A stretch of DNA of 64,000 bases, from assembly GCA_902636025.1 (NCBI GenBank), contig CACPQG010000001.1, positions 131,770 through 195,769 of the forward strand. The letters run 5' to 3'. The stretch is from an uncultured Pelagibacteraceae bacterium. GTDB taxonomy: Bacteria; Pseudomonadota; Alphaproteobacteria; Pelagibacterales; Pelagibacteraceae. Below, piece by piece: positions 10,982 through 20,508 of this stretch. Position numbers and translations under genes: made by a program. Numbering within the stretch: the first letter of the stretch is position 1; each line of letters opens with the position of its first letter. Under the pieces are notes generated by a model, which saw only the letters and a list, made by a program, of their open reading frames with translations, did no database searches and was not told where the DNA came from.

Positions 10982-12420
10982 TACGCGACTTTTACTTTTG
11001 AAATTTGCTTTTGCTTTAGATGTTTAATAATTGATTGAGCAGCGTCTCTCCCATCTTTAATTGCCCATACTACTAAGGATGCTCCCCTCACAATATCACC
11101 AGCTGCAAAAACACCGGGAACGTTAGTTTCTAAAGTTTCGAAATCTGTTTTAATTGTTCCCCATTTTGAAACTTGAAGATCATTGCTATCAAAAAGTTTT
11201 GGAAGATCTTCTGGATCAAATCCAAGTGATTTAATAACAATATCAACATCTAAATTAAAACCTCCTTCATTCTGAATTTCAGGTTTTCTTCTTCCAGTAT
11301 CATCTGGTTCACCTAGTTTAATTTTATTTACAGTAATTTTTTCTACTTTGTTACTTCCATGGAATTCCTTGGGGCTCGATAACCACACGAATTCCACGCC
11401 TTCTTCCTCAGCATTTGCAACTTCTCTAGAAGACCCTGGCATATTTTCTTTGTCTCTTCTATATAAACACTTTACTGATTTTGCATTCTGTCTTACAGCA
11501 GTTCGAACACAGTCCATTGCTGTATCCCCACCCCCTATAACTACTATATTTTTTCCTTCAGCGTTTAAAGTGCCATCATCAAATTTTTCAACTTTATCAC
11601 CTAGGCCTTTTTTGTTTGATGCAGTTAAAAATTCCATAGCAGGAAAAATGTTATTTAAATCGCTGCCAGGAATGTTTATTTCTCGAGGTTTATAAACTCC
11701 AGTTGCAATTAATAACGCATCATGTTTTTCTCTTAACTGATCTAGAGTTGCATCTTTCCCTACTTCAAAATTTTGGACAAAGTTTATTCCACTTTTTTTA
11801 AGAAGCTCCGTACGTCTTTCGACTACAAATTTTTCTAACTTAAAATTAGGTATTCCATAGATTAATAATCCCCCAGCTCTATCGTAACGATCATATATTG
11901 TTACTTGATACCCAGATTTTCTAAGTTGTTCTCCACATGCTAAACCTGCAGGGCCTGCTCCAATAATACCAACACTTTGTTCTAACTCAGATTTTACATT
12001 TATAGGCTTTACCCATCCATTTGCCCATGCGTTTTCTGTTATAAACTTTTCTACTGAACCAATTGTTACTGTGCCATGTCCAGATTGTTCAATAACGCAA
12101 TTTCCTTCACATAACCTATCCTGTGGACATATTCTTCCACAAACTTCTGGCATATTATTTGTGCTTTGTGATAGTTGATATGCCTCTTCCAATCTTCCCT
12201 CAGCAGTGAGTTTTAGCCAATCTGGAATATTGTTGCTTAAAGGACAATGAACCTGGCAAAATGGAACTCCGCATTGAGAACACCTGCTTGATTGCTCTTT
12301 TGCCTTGTTGCTTATAAACTCATCGTATATCTCATTAAAATCCTCTTTTCTTAAATCAACCTCTCTTTTAGGTGGATTTTGTTGACCTATTTTTACAAAT
12401 TTAAGCATTTTATCTGGCAT
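10981..12420 (-). CDS. gltD: Glutamate synthase small subunit
   Basis: RCSQCGVPFCQVHCP, CGRICPQDRLCEGNC, GGGDTAMDC. Confidence 0.97.
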   Translation of the reverse strand: MPDKMLKFVKIGQQNPPKREVDLRKEDFNEIYDEFISNKAKEQSSRCSQCGVPFCQVHCPLSNNIPDWLKLTAEGRLEEAYQLSQSTNNMPEVCGRICPQDRLCEGNCVIEQSGHGTVTIGSVEKFITENAWANGWVKPINVKSELEQSVGIIGAGPAGLACGEQLRKSGYQVTIYDRYDRAGGLLIYGIPNFKLEKFVVERRTELLKKSGINFVQNFEVGKDATLDQLREKHDALLIATGVYKPREINIPGSDLNNIFPAMEFLTASNKKGLGDKVEKFDDGTLNAEGKNIVVIGGGDTAMDCVRTAVRQNAKSVKCLYRRDKENMPGSSREVANAEEEGVEFVWLSSPKEFHGSNKVEKITVNKIKLGEPDDTGRRKPEIQNEGGFNLDVDIVIKSLGFDPEDLPKLFDSNDLQVSKWGTIKTDFETLETNVPGVFAAGDIVRGASLVVWAIKDGRDAAQSIIKHLKQKQISKVKVA

Positions 12421-12595
12421 AATTTGAAGGCTTATATACTAACGTAAACAATTTATAAACGTTAAATAGGACAGTATATTTTACCTATTTTATCAAAAAA
12501 TCGTTATATTTCCTAATAAAATTCATTTTCTGCATACCACATATCTGCTCACGTTATTGCTTCATTTTAAAACTATATAGAATACAAGAAATTAA

Positions 12596-13363
12596 ATGAC
12601 TTTTGATTTTTTTGAGATTTTTCTGCTTTCAACAATTCAGGGTATATCAGAATTTATTCCCGTAAGTTCCTCGGCTCATTTGTTTCTTATTTCTGATTTT
12701 TACAATTTTAAAGTTCAGTCTTTAATTACAGATATTGGTTTACATTTAGGTTCACTATTAGCGATAATTACTTACTTTCACTCAGACTTAAGCAATATTT
12801 TTAAAAATAAAAATTTACTTTTACTTATAATATTTGGTTCATTACCAATTATTATAGTAGGAGCCATAATTTACCAAACAAATTTAATAACATATCTAAG
12901 AAATATTGAAATAATTGCTTGGACAACATTAATTTTTGCAATTTTATTATATTTTGCAGACAAAGTTAAAGTAAAAAAAAAATTAAATGCAAAATTAAAT
13001 TTAAGTACTATTATTATTATTGGTTGCTTTCAAATATTAGCTCTAGTCCCAGGTGTTAGCCGATCTGGAATTGTTATAACAGCAGGTAGATTTCTGAAGT
13101 TTAATAGATATGACTCTACAAAAATTTCTTTTTATCTTTCTATTCCAGCAATAGCTGGGGCAAGTTTTCTTGGATTTAAAGATTTATATCAAGAAACTAT
13201 TGATTTTAATTCAATGATATTATTTACTGTATTTCTTTCTTATTTTTTTTCGTACTTTACTATTAAATATTTTTTAATATTTGTTAAAAAATTTGATCTC
13301 AAACTTTTTGTTACTTATAGAATTTTATTATCCTTTTTATTATTTGGAATTATTTACTTTTGA
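12596..13363 (+). CDS. uppP: Undecaprenyl-diphosphatase
   Basis: QGISEFIPVSSSAH, PGVSRSG. Confidence 0.95.
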   Translation: MTFDFFEIFLLSTIQGISEFIPVSSSAHLFLISDFYNFKVQSLITDIGLHLGSLLAIITYFHSDLSNIFKNKNLLLLIIFGSLPIIIVGAIIYQTNLITYLRNIEIIAWTTLIFAILLYFADKVKVKKKLNAKLNLSTIIIIGCFQILALVPGVSRSGIVITAGRFLKFNRYDSTKISFYLSIPAIAGASFLGFKDLYQETIDFNSMILFTVFLSYFFSYFTIKYFLIFVKKFDLKLFVTYRILLSFLLFGIIYF

Positions 13364-14236
13364 TGTTGGTAAGATTTGAGATAATATCACTGCAAATAAA
13401 ATTAGGAAACATCCAATTATATTATTAAACTTCAAAAATTGATCCAATATTATCCAGCCAGCTATAGCTGCAAAAACACCTTCTAGTGAGTAAATTATAG
13501 CAGCAGGCGCTTCTTCAATATTTTTTTGTGCATACATCTGTAAAGTAAATGCGATACCACCTGATAGTGCTCCTGCATATAATATGGAGCTTAGCTCAAG
13601 CAATATGTTTGATAAAATTACTTCTTCAAATATAAATGCAAAAAAAATTGATAATGAAAAAACAAATACAGCCTGCAAAGCTGCATAAAATATTGGTATA
13701 TCAAATTTTTGCATAAATTTACCTGCAAAAATTATATGTAAGGCCCAAAAAATCGAACAAAAAATCACAAGAGCGTCCCCTAGCATTATTTCTGCATCAG
13801 AAAAGTCTGTAAGCAGATAAACGCCAACTATACAAAGAGCAATTGAAGGCCATATGCTCCAATGAACTTTTTCCTTATAAATAATAAATAAGATAATAGG
13901 CACAAAAGGCACGTAAAAAACTGTAAAAAAGGCTGCGTTTGCAATATTAGTATATTGGAGTGCAGCTTGCTGTAAGAAAGTTCCTAAAAAAAGAGAAACC
14001 CCCATAAAAATTAAATATTTAATAAATAATTTTGAATTTTTTTCTATTTCTTTTTTGATTTTATTTTTTTCTATTAAAATTGCAAAAGGCAGTATTGTTA
14101 AAAAGCCCACAAAAAATCTCGAAGAATTAAATGTTAATGGACCTATGTTATCCATTCCAGTATCTTGAGCTATAAAAGCTGTTCCCCAAATAAAAGTTGT
14201 TATTAAGGCGCAAAACATTGAAAAAGATTTTTTCAT
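13340..14236 (-). CDS. DMT/EamA family transporter
   Basis: About 10 hydrophobic segments, WGTAFIAQ, duplicated EamA pattern. Confidence 0.88.
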   Translation of the reverse strand: MKKSFSMFCALITTFIWGTAFIAQDTGMDNIGPLTFNSSRFFVGFLTILPFAILIEKNKIKKEIEKNSKLFIKYLIFMGVSLFLGTFLQQAALQYTNIANAAFFTVFYVPFVPIILFIIYKEKVHWSIWPSIALCIVGVYLLTDFSDAEIMLGDALVIFCSIFWALHIIFAGKFMQKFDIPIFYAALQAVFVFSLSIFFAFIFEEVILSNILLELSSILYAGALSGGIAFTLQMYAQKNIEEAPAAIIYSLEGVFAAIAGWIILDQFLKFNNIIGCFLILFAVILSQILPTSKVNNSK

Positions 14237-14254
14237 TCGTCTAAAAAATTAAGA

Positions 14255-15373
14255 TTAGATTAATCCATTAATTTTGCACGCACTATCAAAGTCTTCCTTA
14301 TTGATGTAGCAGCCTTTCATTTTTCTCTTACCATTAAATGATCCCCTCCCATGCAAAACTCTCCAATTATTGAATATTAATAGTTCACCAGGTTTTAAAA
14401 TATGTCTCCACTGGTATTGTTCTGAATTAGCTAAATTGTCAAACAAACTTATCGCTTCATAAAAAATTTTAGTGAGTTCTGGATTTAATCTAAAGGGAGC
14501 TCTATCATAATTATTAAAGCTAATTTGAGTTATTTCATTTTTATTATCTAGTTTAATAATAGGTCTTTTGGCCTCTAAAATAACTCCATCACCTGTGTAA
14601 TTCCCCGGCACCTCTATGCTTGTTAATGCATCATAAAGATCATTATTTTTTGCTTTTATAATTTCTGCAATCTTAAGTCCATCAACCATTATCGAATCTC
14701 CTCCTTTTGCATCATATTCACAACATAAAAGTAGTTGTAGGCCCGGAGCATCATTGCTGTATGTTGAATCTGTGTGTGGTCTTAATTCCTCATTAGTATA
14801 TGCGCTGTCTGCCATATCTGCATTTGACTCAAAGCTCCATAAACCTCCAAAGATTGAATTTCTTACATAACCAATTTTTTTTGCTAAAAACTCAACCGCA
14901 GACATATCTTTTTTACAACCTGTAATCACTGCAAATCCAAAGGAATGTAATTTTGTAAGTAAATCTTTAAACCCTTTTTCATTTATTATGTTTTTATAAT
15001 TTAAAAATATGTCATCTTTAATTTCTTTTTTTTCCCAAATTTTGATTTGATTTTTACCATATGAATAATTTACAGAGTTTTTGTATAAAAATTCTGACGA
15101 GTATTTAATATTATTTGATGTATCCGACCAAATTATATCGATATATTCACCCTTTTTAGAAATATTTGCATTTTTAATTTTTATATTAGGATTTAATTTT
15201 GCGGTAAACGTTTTTCTTTGATTGCTTCGCTCATCCCAATTGCTTTCGTCTTTAGCATGATCTCTAAGCCATATATTTGGAAAAATATCCTCAGACTTAT
15301 TTGAGAAAAATACTTTAAGTCCTCCTTTCAGGATCTCAATTTTATCGACATAATTAGATCTATTTTTGGTCAT
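14255..15373 (-). CDS. Fe(II)/2-oxoglutarate dioxygenase, gamma-butyrobetaine/trimethyllysine hydroxylase family (TauD fold)
   Basis: N-terminal WLRDH (GBBH-N) segment, HTD facial-triad motif, NWRVLHGR, GCY. Confidence 0.88.
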   Translation of the reverse strand: MTKNRSNYVDKIEILKGGLKVFFSNKSEDIFPNIWLRDHAKDESNWDERSNQRKTFTAKLNPNIKIKNANISKKGEYIDIIWSDTSNNIKYSSEFLYKNSVNYSYGKNQIKIWEKKEIKDDIFLNYKNIINEKGFKDLLTKLHSFGFAVITGCKKDMSAVEFLAKKIGYVRNSIFGGLWSFESNADMADSAYTNEELRPHTDSTYSNDAPGLQLLLCCEYDAKGGDSIMVDGLKIAEIIKAKNNDLYDALTSIEVPGNYTGDGVILEAKRPIIKLDNKNEITQISFNNYDRAPFRLNPELTKIFYEAISLFDNLANSEQYQWRHILKPGELLIFNNWRVLHGRGSFNGKRKMKGCYINKEDFDSACKINGLI

Positions 15374-15547
15374 TTTTCAATGTAAAATTATATCATGATA
15401 TTAAAAATGTTTAATAAAATAATACTACCAAATAGAGACCAACAATTAGATGGTAAATTTTGGATACAGTCCGTGTTATTAAAAAAATACTTAACATCTT
15501 TAAAATATTAAATATTTATATATATTTTAAAAAAATAATGTTAACGT

Positions 15548-15624
15548 GCGCCTGTAGCTCAATTGGATAGAGCGCTTGGCTACGGACCAGGAGGTTCTGG
15601 GTTCAACTCCTAGCAGGCGCACCA
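15548..15624 (+). tRNA. tRNA-Arg(ACG)
   Basis: Cloverleaf: acceptor GCGCCTG/CAGGCGC, anticodon loop CT-ACG-GA, T-loop TTCAACT, encoded CCA. Confidence 0.97.
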
Positions 15625-15636
15625 GAAAATTAAAAT

Positions 15637-15720
15637 ATGAAAATATCGTTACAAAAATCAGTTTTTTTATTTTTTTTTATAGTTTTAATGTTTTTAATAA
15701 TAACTACTATTTTAATATAA
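15637..15720 (+). CDS. Putative 27-aa single-TM peptide MKISLQKSVFLFFFIVLMFLIITTILI
   Basis: Fills the gap between the tRNA and the thioesterase gene and stops 3 nt before the next ATG; could be chance in T-rich DNA. Confidence 0.35.
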   Translation: MKISLQKSVFLFFFIVLMFLIITTILI

Positions 15721-15723
15721 TTT

Positions 15724-16137
15724 ATGTCAGATAATTTTGAACAAATAAGCACCAAGTCTGGTTTTATGAAACACAACGGTGGCTTACTAGTTAAAAAAAT
15801 ATCTGAAAACGAATTCCAATTTAAGGCTAAGGTCAATTCAAATCACCTTAATAGGGCAGGAATAACTCATGGTGGATACATAGCTTCAATAATTGATGCA
15901 GGTTGTGGTTCAGCGGCACATAGATCAGTAGAAAATATTCCATGCGTTACAATAGCTTTAGATATTAAATTTATAGCTCCAACTAAAGAAGGAGATGAAA
16001 TTTTAGGTACAGCTACTATTTCAAAAAAAACAAAATCAATGATTTTTTTAATTTGTACTTTAGAATGTGACGGCAAGGTAACGGCTACAGCCTCTGGGGT
16101 ATGGAAAATTTTAAGAAATAAATCCTTTCCTAAGTAG
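15724..16137 (+). CDS. PaaI family thioesterase (hotdog fold)
   Basis: HLNRAGITHGGYIASIIDAG. Confidence 0.9.
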   Translation: MSDNFEQISTKSGFMKHNGGLLVKKISENEFQFKAKVNSNHLNRAGITHGGYIASIIDAGCGSAAHRSVENIPCVTIALDIKFIAPTKEGDEILGTATISKKTKSMIFLICTLECDGKVTATASGVWKILRNKSFPK

Positions 16138-16214
16138 GGGTAGCTATTCATTCTAATTCTGCTAAGATAACTATATAAATTCTTAAAATGAGAACTTTTT
16201 ACAGAGCGATTCGG

Positions 16215-16260
16215 ACTAGTTTTAGTCCATATTTGTTCTAAAGAGGTAACAACATATAGT
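16215..16260. promoter_or_regulatory. Candidate tandem NrdR-like boxes
   Basis: ACAACATATAGT (16249-16260) fits the core ACWANATNTWGT exactly; ACTAGTTTTAGT (16215-16226) has one mismatch. Confidence 0.4.
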
Positions 16261-16291
16261 AGTCAATTACAATCATATACAATTTATAGAG

Positions 16292-18778
16292 ATGAGTAAA
16301 AACAAAATAGTTGCTGTCCTTGGTCCAACAAATACAGGAAAAACTTTTCTTGCTATTGAAACTATGCTGTCATTCGAAAGTGGCATGATGGGGTTTCCAC
16401 TGAGACTGTTAGCAAGAGAAGTATATGACAAAGTAATAAAAAAAATTGACCCTAGCAAGGTTGCTTTAATAACTGGGGAAGAAAAAATAATACCTTACAA
16501 TGCAAAATATTTTTTTTGTACAGTAGAATCAATGCCAATAGATAAGAGGCTAGAATTTGTTGCAATTGATGAAATTCAAATGGCAAGTGACCATGAAAGA
16601 GGACATATATTTACTGATAGATTATTAAATTTAAGAGGTGAAAAAACTACAATGTTCATGGGATCAAGTTCTATGAGGAGTATTATTGATAAGCTTGAAG
16701 AGGATGTTGAATATATAAATAGAAATAGACTTTCAAAACTTACTTACTCTGGCCATAAAAAAATCTCTAGAATAGAGAGAAAAAGCGCAATAATTGCATT
16801 TTCTGCGGAAGAAGTTTATGCAATCGCTGAATTAATAAGAAGACAGAAGGGTGGAGCAGCAATTGTGATGGGTTCACTAAGTCCCAAAACTAGAAATTCA
16901 CAAGTAGAACTTTATCAATCCGGGGATGTGGATTATTTAGTTGCTACTGATGCCATTGGAATGGGAATAAACATGGATTTAGAAAATGTTTATTTTTCAA
17001 ATTTAAAAAAGTTTGATGGAAAAAAACTTAGAAGATTGAAAATCTCTGAAATAGGGCAAATATCAGGTAGAGCTGGGAGATATTTAAATGATGGGTATTT
17101 TGGTATTACTGGTGACTGTGGTGAAATTAGTGCGGAGGAAGTGGAGCTATTAGAAAACCATAAATTTGATGATATTCATACAATATACTGGAGAAATACA
17201 AACTTAAATTTTAGAAATGGAAATAACTTAATTAGATCTCTTGAAGAAAGACCAAATAAAACATGGCTTAAAAGAATACCTGAATGTGAAGATGAAAAAG
17301 TCTTAAAACATATTTTAAAAGATGTTGAAAAATTAGAAATTTTTAATAATGAAAATGAACTTAGATTACTTTGGGAATGCTGCCAAATACCAGATTTCGT
17401 AAAGAAAACTTACGGAAATCATTTGGAGGTAGTAGGAAAAGTTTTTAACTTTTTGAGAGAAAAACCTGGCAGAATTTCAAATTCTTATATGAAAGAACAA
17501 CTTTCAAGTTTAGATAAAATAGAGGGCAACGTAGATTCAATATCTAACAGAATTGCAAATGTAAGAACATGGTCATACATATCAAATAAAATAAATTGGG
17601 TTGAAAACCAAGACTACTGGGTTGAGAGAACTAAAAGTCTTGAAGATAGATTGTCAGATAGACTTCACGACGAATTAATTAAAAGCTTTATAGATAAAAG
17701 GGCGAGTGTCTTAGCAAGGGGTTTAAAACAGGATATTACCTTTGATACAAAAATCTTAGAGGGAAAAAAAGTAATGATTAATAACCAATTTATAGGACAG
17801 TTGAAGGGATTAAAACTAGAGCTGGATTATAAAGTTGGAGCACTTGATACGGATATTAAATCATTAAAAAAAGCTGCAAGACAAAATGTTGGACCTGAAA
17901 TTATCAATAGAATAAAAAATATAATTAAGGAAAATAAAGTAGAATTAAAAGATGATTTAAAAATATATTGGAATTTATTTCCTATAGCACAAGTAATACC
18001 AGGCAGAGATTATTTAAATCCAGATATAAAATTAATTATAGACGATATGATAGAAAATATTGACCAATTAAAACTTTATAAATATTTAGTATCTTGGATA
18101 AATAAAAAAATAAGAGATGAATTAACCAGTTTAATTGAATTAAAAAAAATAGAAAATCAAAATCCTCATATTAGAGCTTTAGCCTATAGAATTTATGAGA
18201 GCAATGGTGTTGTAAAAAGAGACGAAGTAAAAAACTTTATTAAAAAACTAGAGCAAAACGATCGAAAAGTACTTAGAGGTAAAGGTGTTAAGTTTGGTAG
18301 ATATCACATATTTCTTTTTAAACTTTTTAAACCAAAAGCTGTTTCATTGCGGACTTTACTGTGGAAAAACTTTAATCAAAAATACTTAGATTTAGAGCCA
18401 CCACAATTTGGATTAAACTTCATTAGTGAAGATAAAAAATTAGATCGTGACTTTATGCTTATGTGCGGATTTGAAAAATTTGATAATTTTTATGTAAGAA
18501 TAGATATTCTTGAAAGACTTTTTTTAATGACTATTGATATAAACAAAAATAATAATGATAAAGTAATCGAATTAGTTCCAGAAATGCTAAACCTGCTTGG
18601 TTGTAACAAAGAAAATTTTATTAAATTAATGGAAAAAATGAATTATAAATCTTTTTCAAAAGATCAAGCTGTTTATTTTAGATATAATTTGAAAAGAAAA
18701 TTAAAAAAAATAAATAAAAATAAAAGTATAAATAATGACAATCCTTTTAATATTTTAAAGGAAATGAGGTTGAAATAA
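16292..18778 (+). CDS. Suv3-like (MgpS-type) SF2 helicase
   Basis: LGPTNTGKT, PLRLLAREVY, DEIQ, ATDAIGMGINM, QISGRAGR. Confidence 0.93.
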   Translation: MSKNKIVAVLGPTNTGKTFLAIETMLSFESGMMGFPLRLLAREVYDKVIKKIDPSKVALITGEEKIIPYNAKYFFCTVESMPIDKRLEFVAIDEIQMASDHERGHIFTDRLLNLRGEKTTMFMGSSSMRSIIDKLEEDVEYINRNRLSKLTYSGHKKISRIERKSAIIAFSAEEVYAIAELIRRQKGGAAIVMGSLSPKTRNSQVELYQSGDVDYLVATDAIGMGINMDLENVYFSNLKKFDGKKLRRLKISEIGQISGRAGRYLNDGYFGITGDCGEISAEEVELLENHKFDDIHTIYWRNTNLNFRNGNNLIRSLEERPNKTWLKRIPECEDEKVLKHILKDVEKLEIFNNENELRLLWECCQIPDFVKKTYGNHLEVVGKVFNFLREKPGRISNSYMKEQLSSLDKIEGNVDSISNRIANVRTWSYISNKINWVENQDYWVERTKSLEDRLSDRLHDELIKSFIDKRASVLARGLKQDITFDTKILEGKKVMINNQFIGQLKGLKLELDYKVGALDTDIKSLKKAARQNVGPEIINRIKNIIKENKVELKDDLKIYWNLFPIAQVIPGRDYLNPDIKLIIDDMIENIDQLKLYKYLVSWINKKIRDELTSLIELKKIENQNPHIRALAYRIYESNGVVKRDEVKNFIKKLEQNDRKVLRGKGVKFGRYHIFLFKLFKPKAVSLRTLLWKNFNQKYLDLEPPQFGLNFISEDKKLDRDFMLMCGFEKFDNFYVRIDILERLFLMTIDINKNNNDKVIELVPEMLNLLGCNKENFIKLMEKMNYKSFSKDQAVYFRYNLKRKLKKINKNKSINNDNPFNILKEMRLK

Positions 18779-19206
18779 TGTTTGATGTATTTAAAGATAA
18801 CAAAAAAAATATAAGTAAAGATAACAGTTTATATATAAATATTGGTGCTCTTCTTATACACGTAGCAAAAATTGATGAAAACTATTCGGAAAAAGAAAAA
18901 GAAATAATAAAAAAAACACTATTAGAGCTTGGTTTAGCAGAGGATTCTTTGAATAATGTGTTCAAAAAATCAGAACAAACTGAAAAAAATTCTAACCAAA
19001 TTCTTGAGTTTACTAAAGAGATTAAAAACAAAGACGAGGAATTCAAAATTAAGATAGTAGAAGCTTTATGGAAAATAATTTATGCAGATAACGTATCTGA
19101 CATGTATGAAATGAGTTTAATGCGACGATTAACTGGTTTGCTTTACTTAGACACTAAAATAGTAGGTGATATAAAAAATAAAATTATAAATTCTTCTATT
19201 AAATGA
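18778..19206 (+). CDS. TerB family protein
   Basis: [16 protein letters not shown] and [15 protein letters not shown] repeats typical of TerB. Confidence 0.8.
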   Translation: MFDVFKDNKKNISKDNSLYINIGALLIHVAKIDENYSEKEKEIIKKTLLELGLAEDSLNNVFKKSEQTEKNSNQILEFTKEIKNKDEEFKIKIVEALWKIIYADNVSDMYEMSLMRRLTGLLYLDTKIVGDIKNKIINSSIK

Positions 19207-19529
19207 CATATTTAGTAAACGATAAATGTATAAAATGTAAATTGACAGATTGTGTAGATGTTTGTCCTGTTGACTGTTTTTATGAAGGAAAAAATATGCT
19301 TGTAATTAAACCTGATGAGTGTATAGATTGTGGCGTTTGTGAACCAGAGTGTCCAGTAGATGCTATTGTTCCTGACACTAACGAGGGTACAGAGAAATGG
19401 TTAGAAATAAATACAAAATATTCAGAAATTTGGCCAAACATAAACAAAAAAAAAGATCCACCGGCAGACCATAAGAAATTTGAAAATGAAGAAAATAAAT
19501 TTGAAAAGTATTTTAAAGAAAACCTTTAA
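19203..19529 (+). CDS. fdxA: 7Fe ferredoxin FdxA
   Basis: [31 protein letters not shown]. Confidence 0.96.
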   Translation: MTYLVNDKCIKCKLTDCVDVCPVDCFYEGKNMLVIKPDECIDCGVCEPECPVDAIVPDTNEGTEKWLEINTKYSEIWPNINKKKDPPADHKKFENEENKFEKYFKENL

Positions 19530-20337
19530 AAAAAGTAAACCATCCAAAAAAAATAAAGTAAAGGTAAAAGAAACAAAAAAAATTAAAAAGAAAATTTTAA
19601 AAAAAACCTTAAAAACTAAAAAGGTAAAAAAAATATCAACTAAAAAGTTACCTGAGAAACCGTCGAATACAAATTTAAGAATATTAAAACAAAACGAGCA
19701 GAAACCAGAAATCAAAAAAATCAAGAAGCAAGATACAGAGAAAAAAGAATTTAAACCAAAAGACTATGTTGTTTATCCAAAACATGGAGTAGGACAAATT
19801 TTATCAATAAATAACAAAACCATCGGTGGTATTGAAGTCCAGTGTTATGACATCAAATTTGAAAAAGATAAAGCTGTTGGACTATTACCGATAAATAAAC
19901 AATCTCACCTAAGACCTTTGTCAACGGTAAATCAAGTTAATAAGTCTATATCAATTCTAAAAAGTAAACCTAAAATAAAAAGATCAATGTGGAGTAGAAG
20001 AGCGCAAGAGTATGAACAAAAAATTACATCTGGAAAAATTTACGAATTAGCAGAAGTTGTAAGAGATCTCAATAAAGGGGACGATATAATGGTTGATCAA
20101 TCTTATAGTGAAAGGCAGCTTTTTGAGAAAGCTTATGAGAGAATTCTTTCAGAGTTCCAGATAGTTCTTAATTTATCCTATGAAGATATTCAAAAGAAAC
20201 TTAACAAAGCACTTAAAAGAAACCTAGAGAACCAATCTCAAGCTGCAGCAAGCCAAGCCAAGCCAACCACTGATCAAGAGACAAGTGATACTAGTACGGA
20301 AGATAATGTAGAGATAGTCGAGGAAAATTCGGATTAA
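19486..20337 (+). CDS. carD: CarD/CdnL family RNA-polymerase-binding regulator with Lys-rich N-tail and acidic C-tail
   Basis: [32 protein letters not shown]; fdxA-carD synteny; start ATG 19486 or TTG 19480 uncertain. Confidence 0.92.
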   Translation: MKKINLKSILKKTFKKSKPSKKNKVKVKETKKIKKKILKKTLKTKKVKKISTKKLPEKPSNTNLRILKQNEQKPEIKKIKKQDTEKKEFKPKDYVVYPKHGVGQILSINNKTIGGIEVQCYDIKFEKDKAVGLLPINKQSHLRPLSTVNQVNKSISILKSKPKIKRSMWSRRAQEYEQKITSGKIYELAEVVRDLNKGDDIMVDQSYSERQLFEKAYERILSEFQIVLNLSYEDIQKKLNKALKRNLENQSQAAASQAKPTTDQETSDTSTEDNVEIVEENSD

Positions 20338-20377
20338 AAAAAAACGCTTCTCACACGAGCGTTATGAGAAGCGTTTT
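20336..20377 (-). terminator. Intrinsic terminator between carD and the basic peptide gene
   Basis: 13-bp inverted repeat AAAACGCTTCTCA/TGAGAAGCGTTTT (20341-20353/20365-20377); U9 tail on the minus strand, only U4 on the plus strand. Confidence 0.85.
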
Positions 20378-20391
20378 AATTCAAGAAAAAA

Positions 20392-20457
20392 CTATCTTCT
20401 TTTTTTTCTTCTTTTTTTAGCTTTTTTCTTCTTAGCTTTTTTTCTTCTTTTAGCCAT
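20392..20457 (-). CDS. 21-aa protamine-like polybasic peptide MAKRRKKAKKKKAKKRRKKRR
   Basis: ATG...TAG ORF with SD AAGGGAG 6 nt upstream, own sigma70 promoter and downstream terminator. Confidence 0.8.
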   Translation of the reverse strand: MAKRRKKAKKKKAKKRRKKRR

Positions 20458-20508
20458 CTTTAGCTCCCTTTTTTAGTTAAACGAATCATTTGATTCGCTA
20501 TTTCTTAC

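Noticed and set aside
15395-15511. Short ORFs on both strands between the dioxygenase gene and tRNA-Arg
   Set aside because: No SD, motif or coupling; the region must hold two divergent promoters; coding cannot be supported.
16192-16249. LexA box (GTTC-N7-GTTC) upstream of the helicase
   Set aside because: Only single half-sites match; the second half-sites are too degenerate.
20250-20266. AGCCA x3 microrepeat in the carD tail
   Set aside because: Only three units in a low-complexity linker, with the frame intact; no evidence for phase variation.
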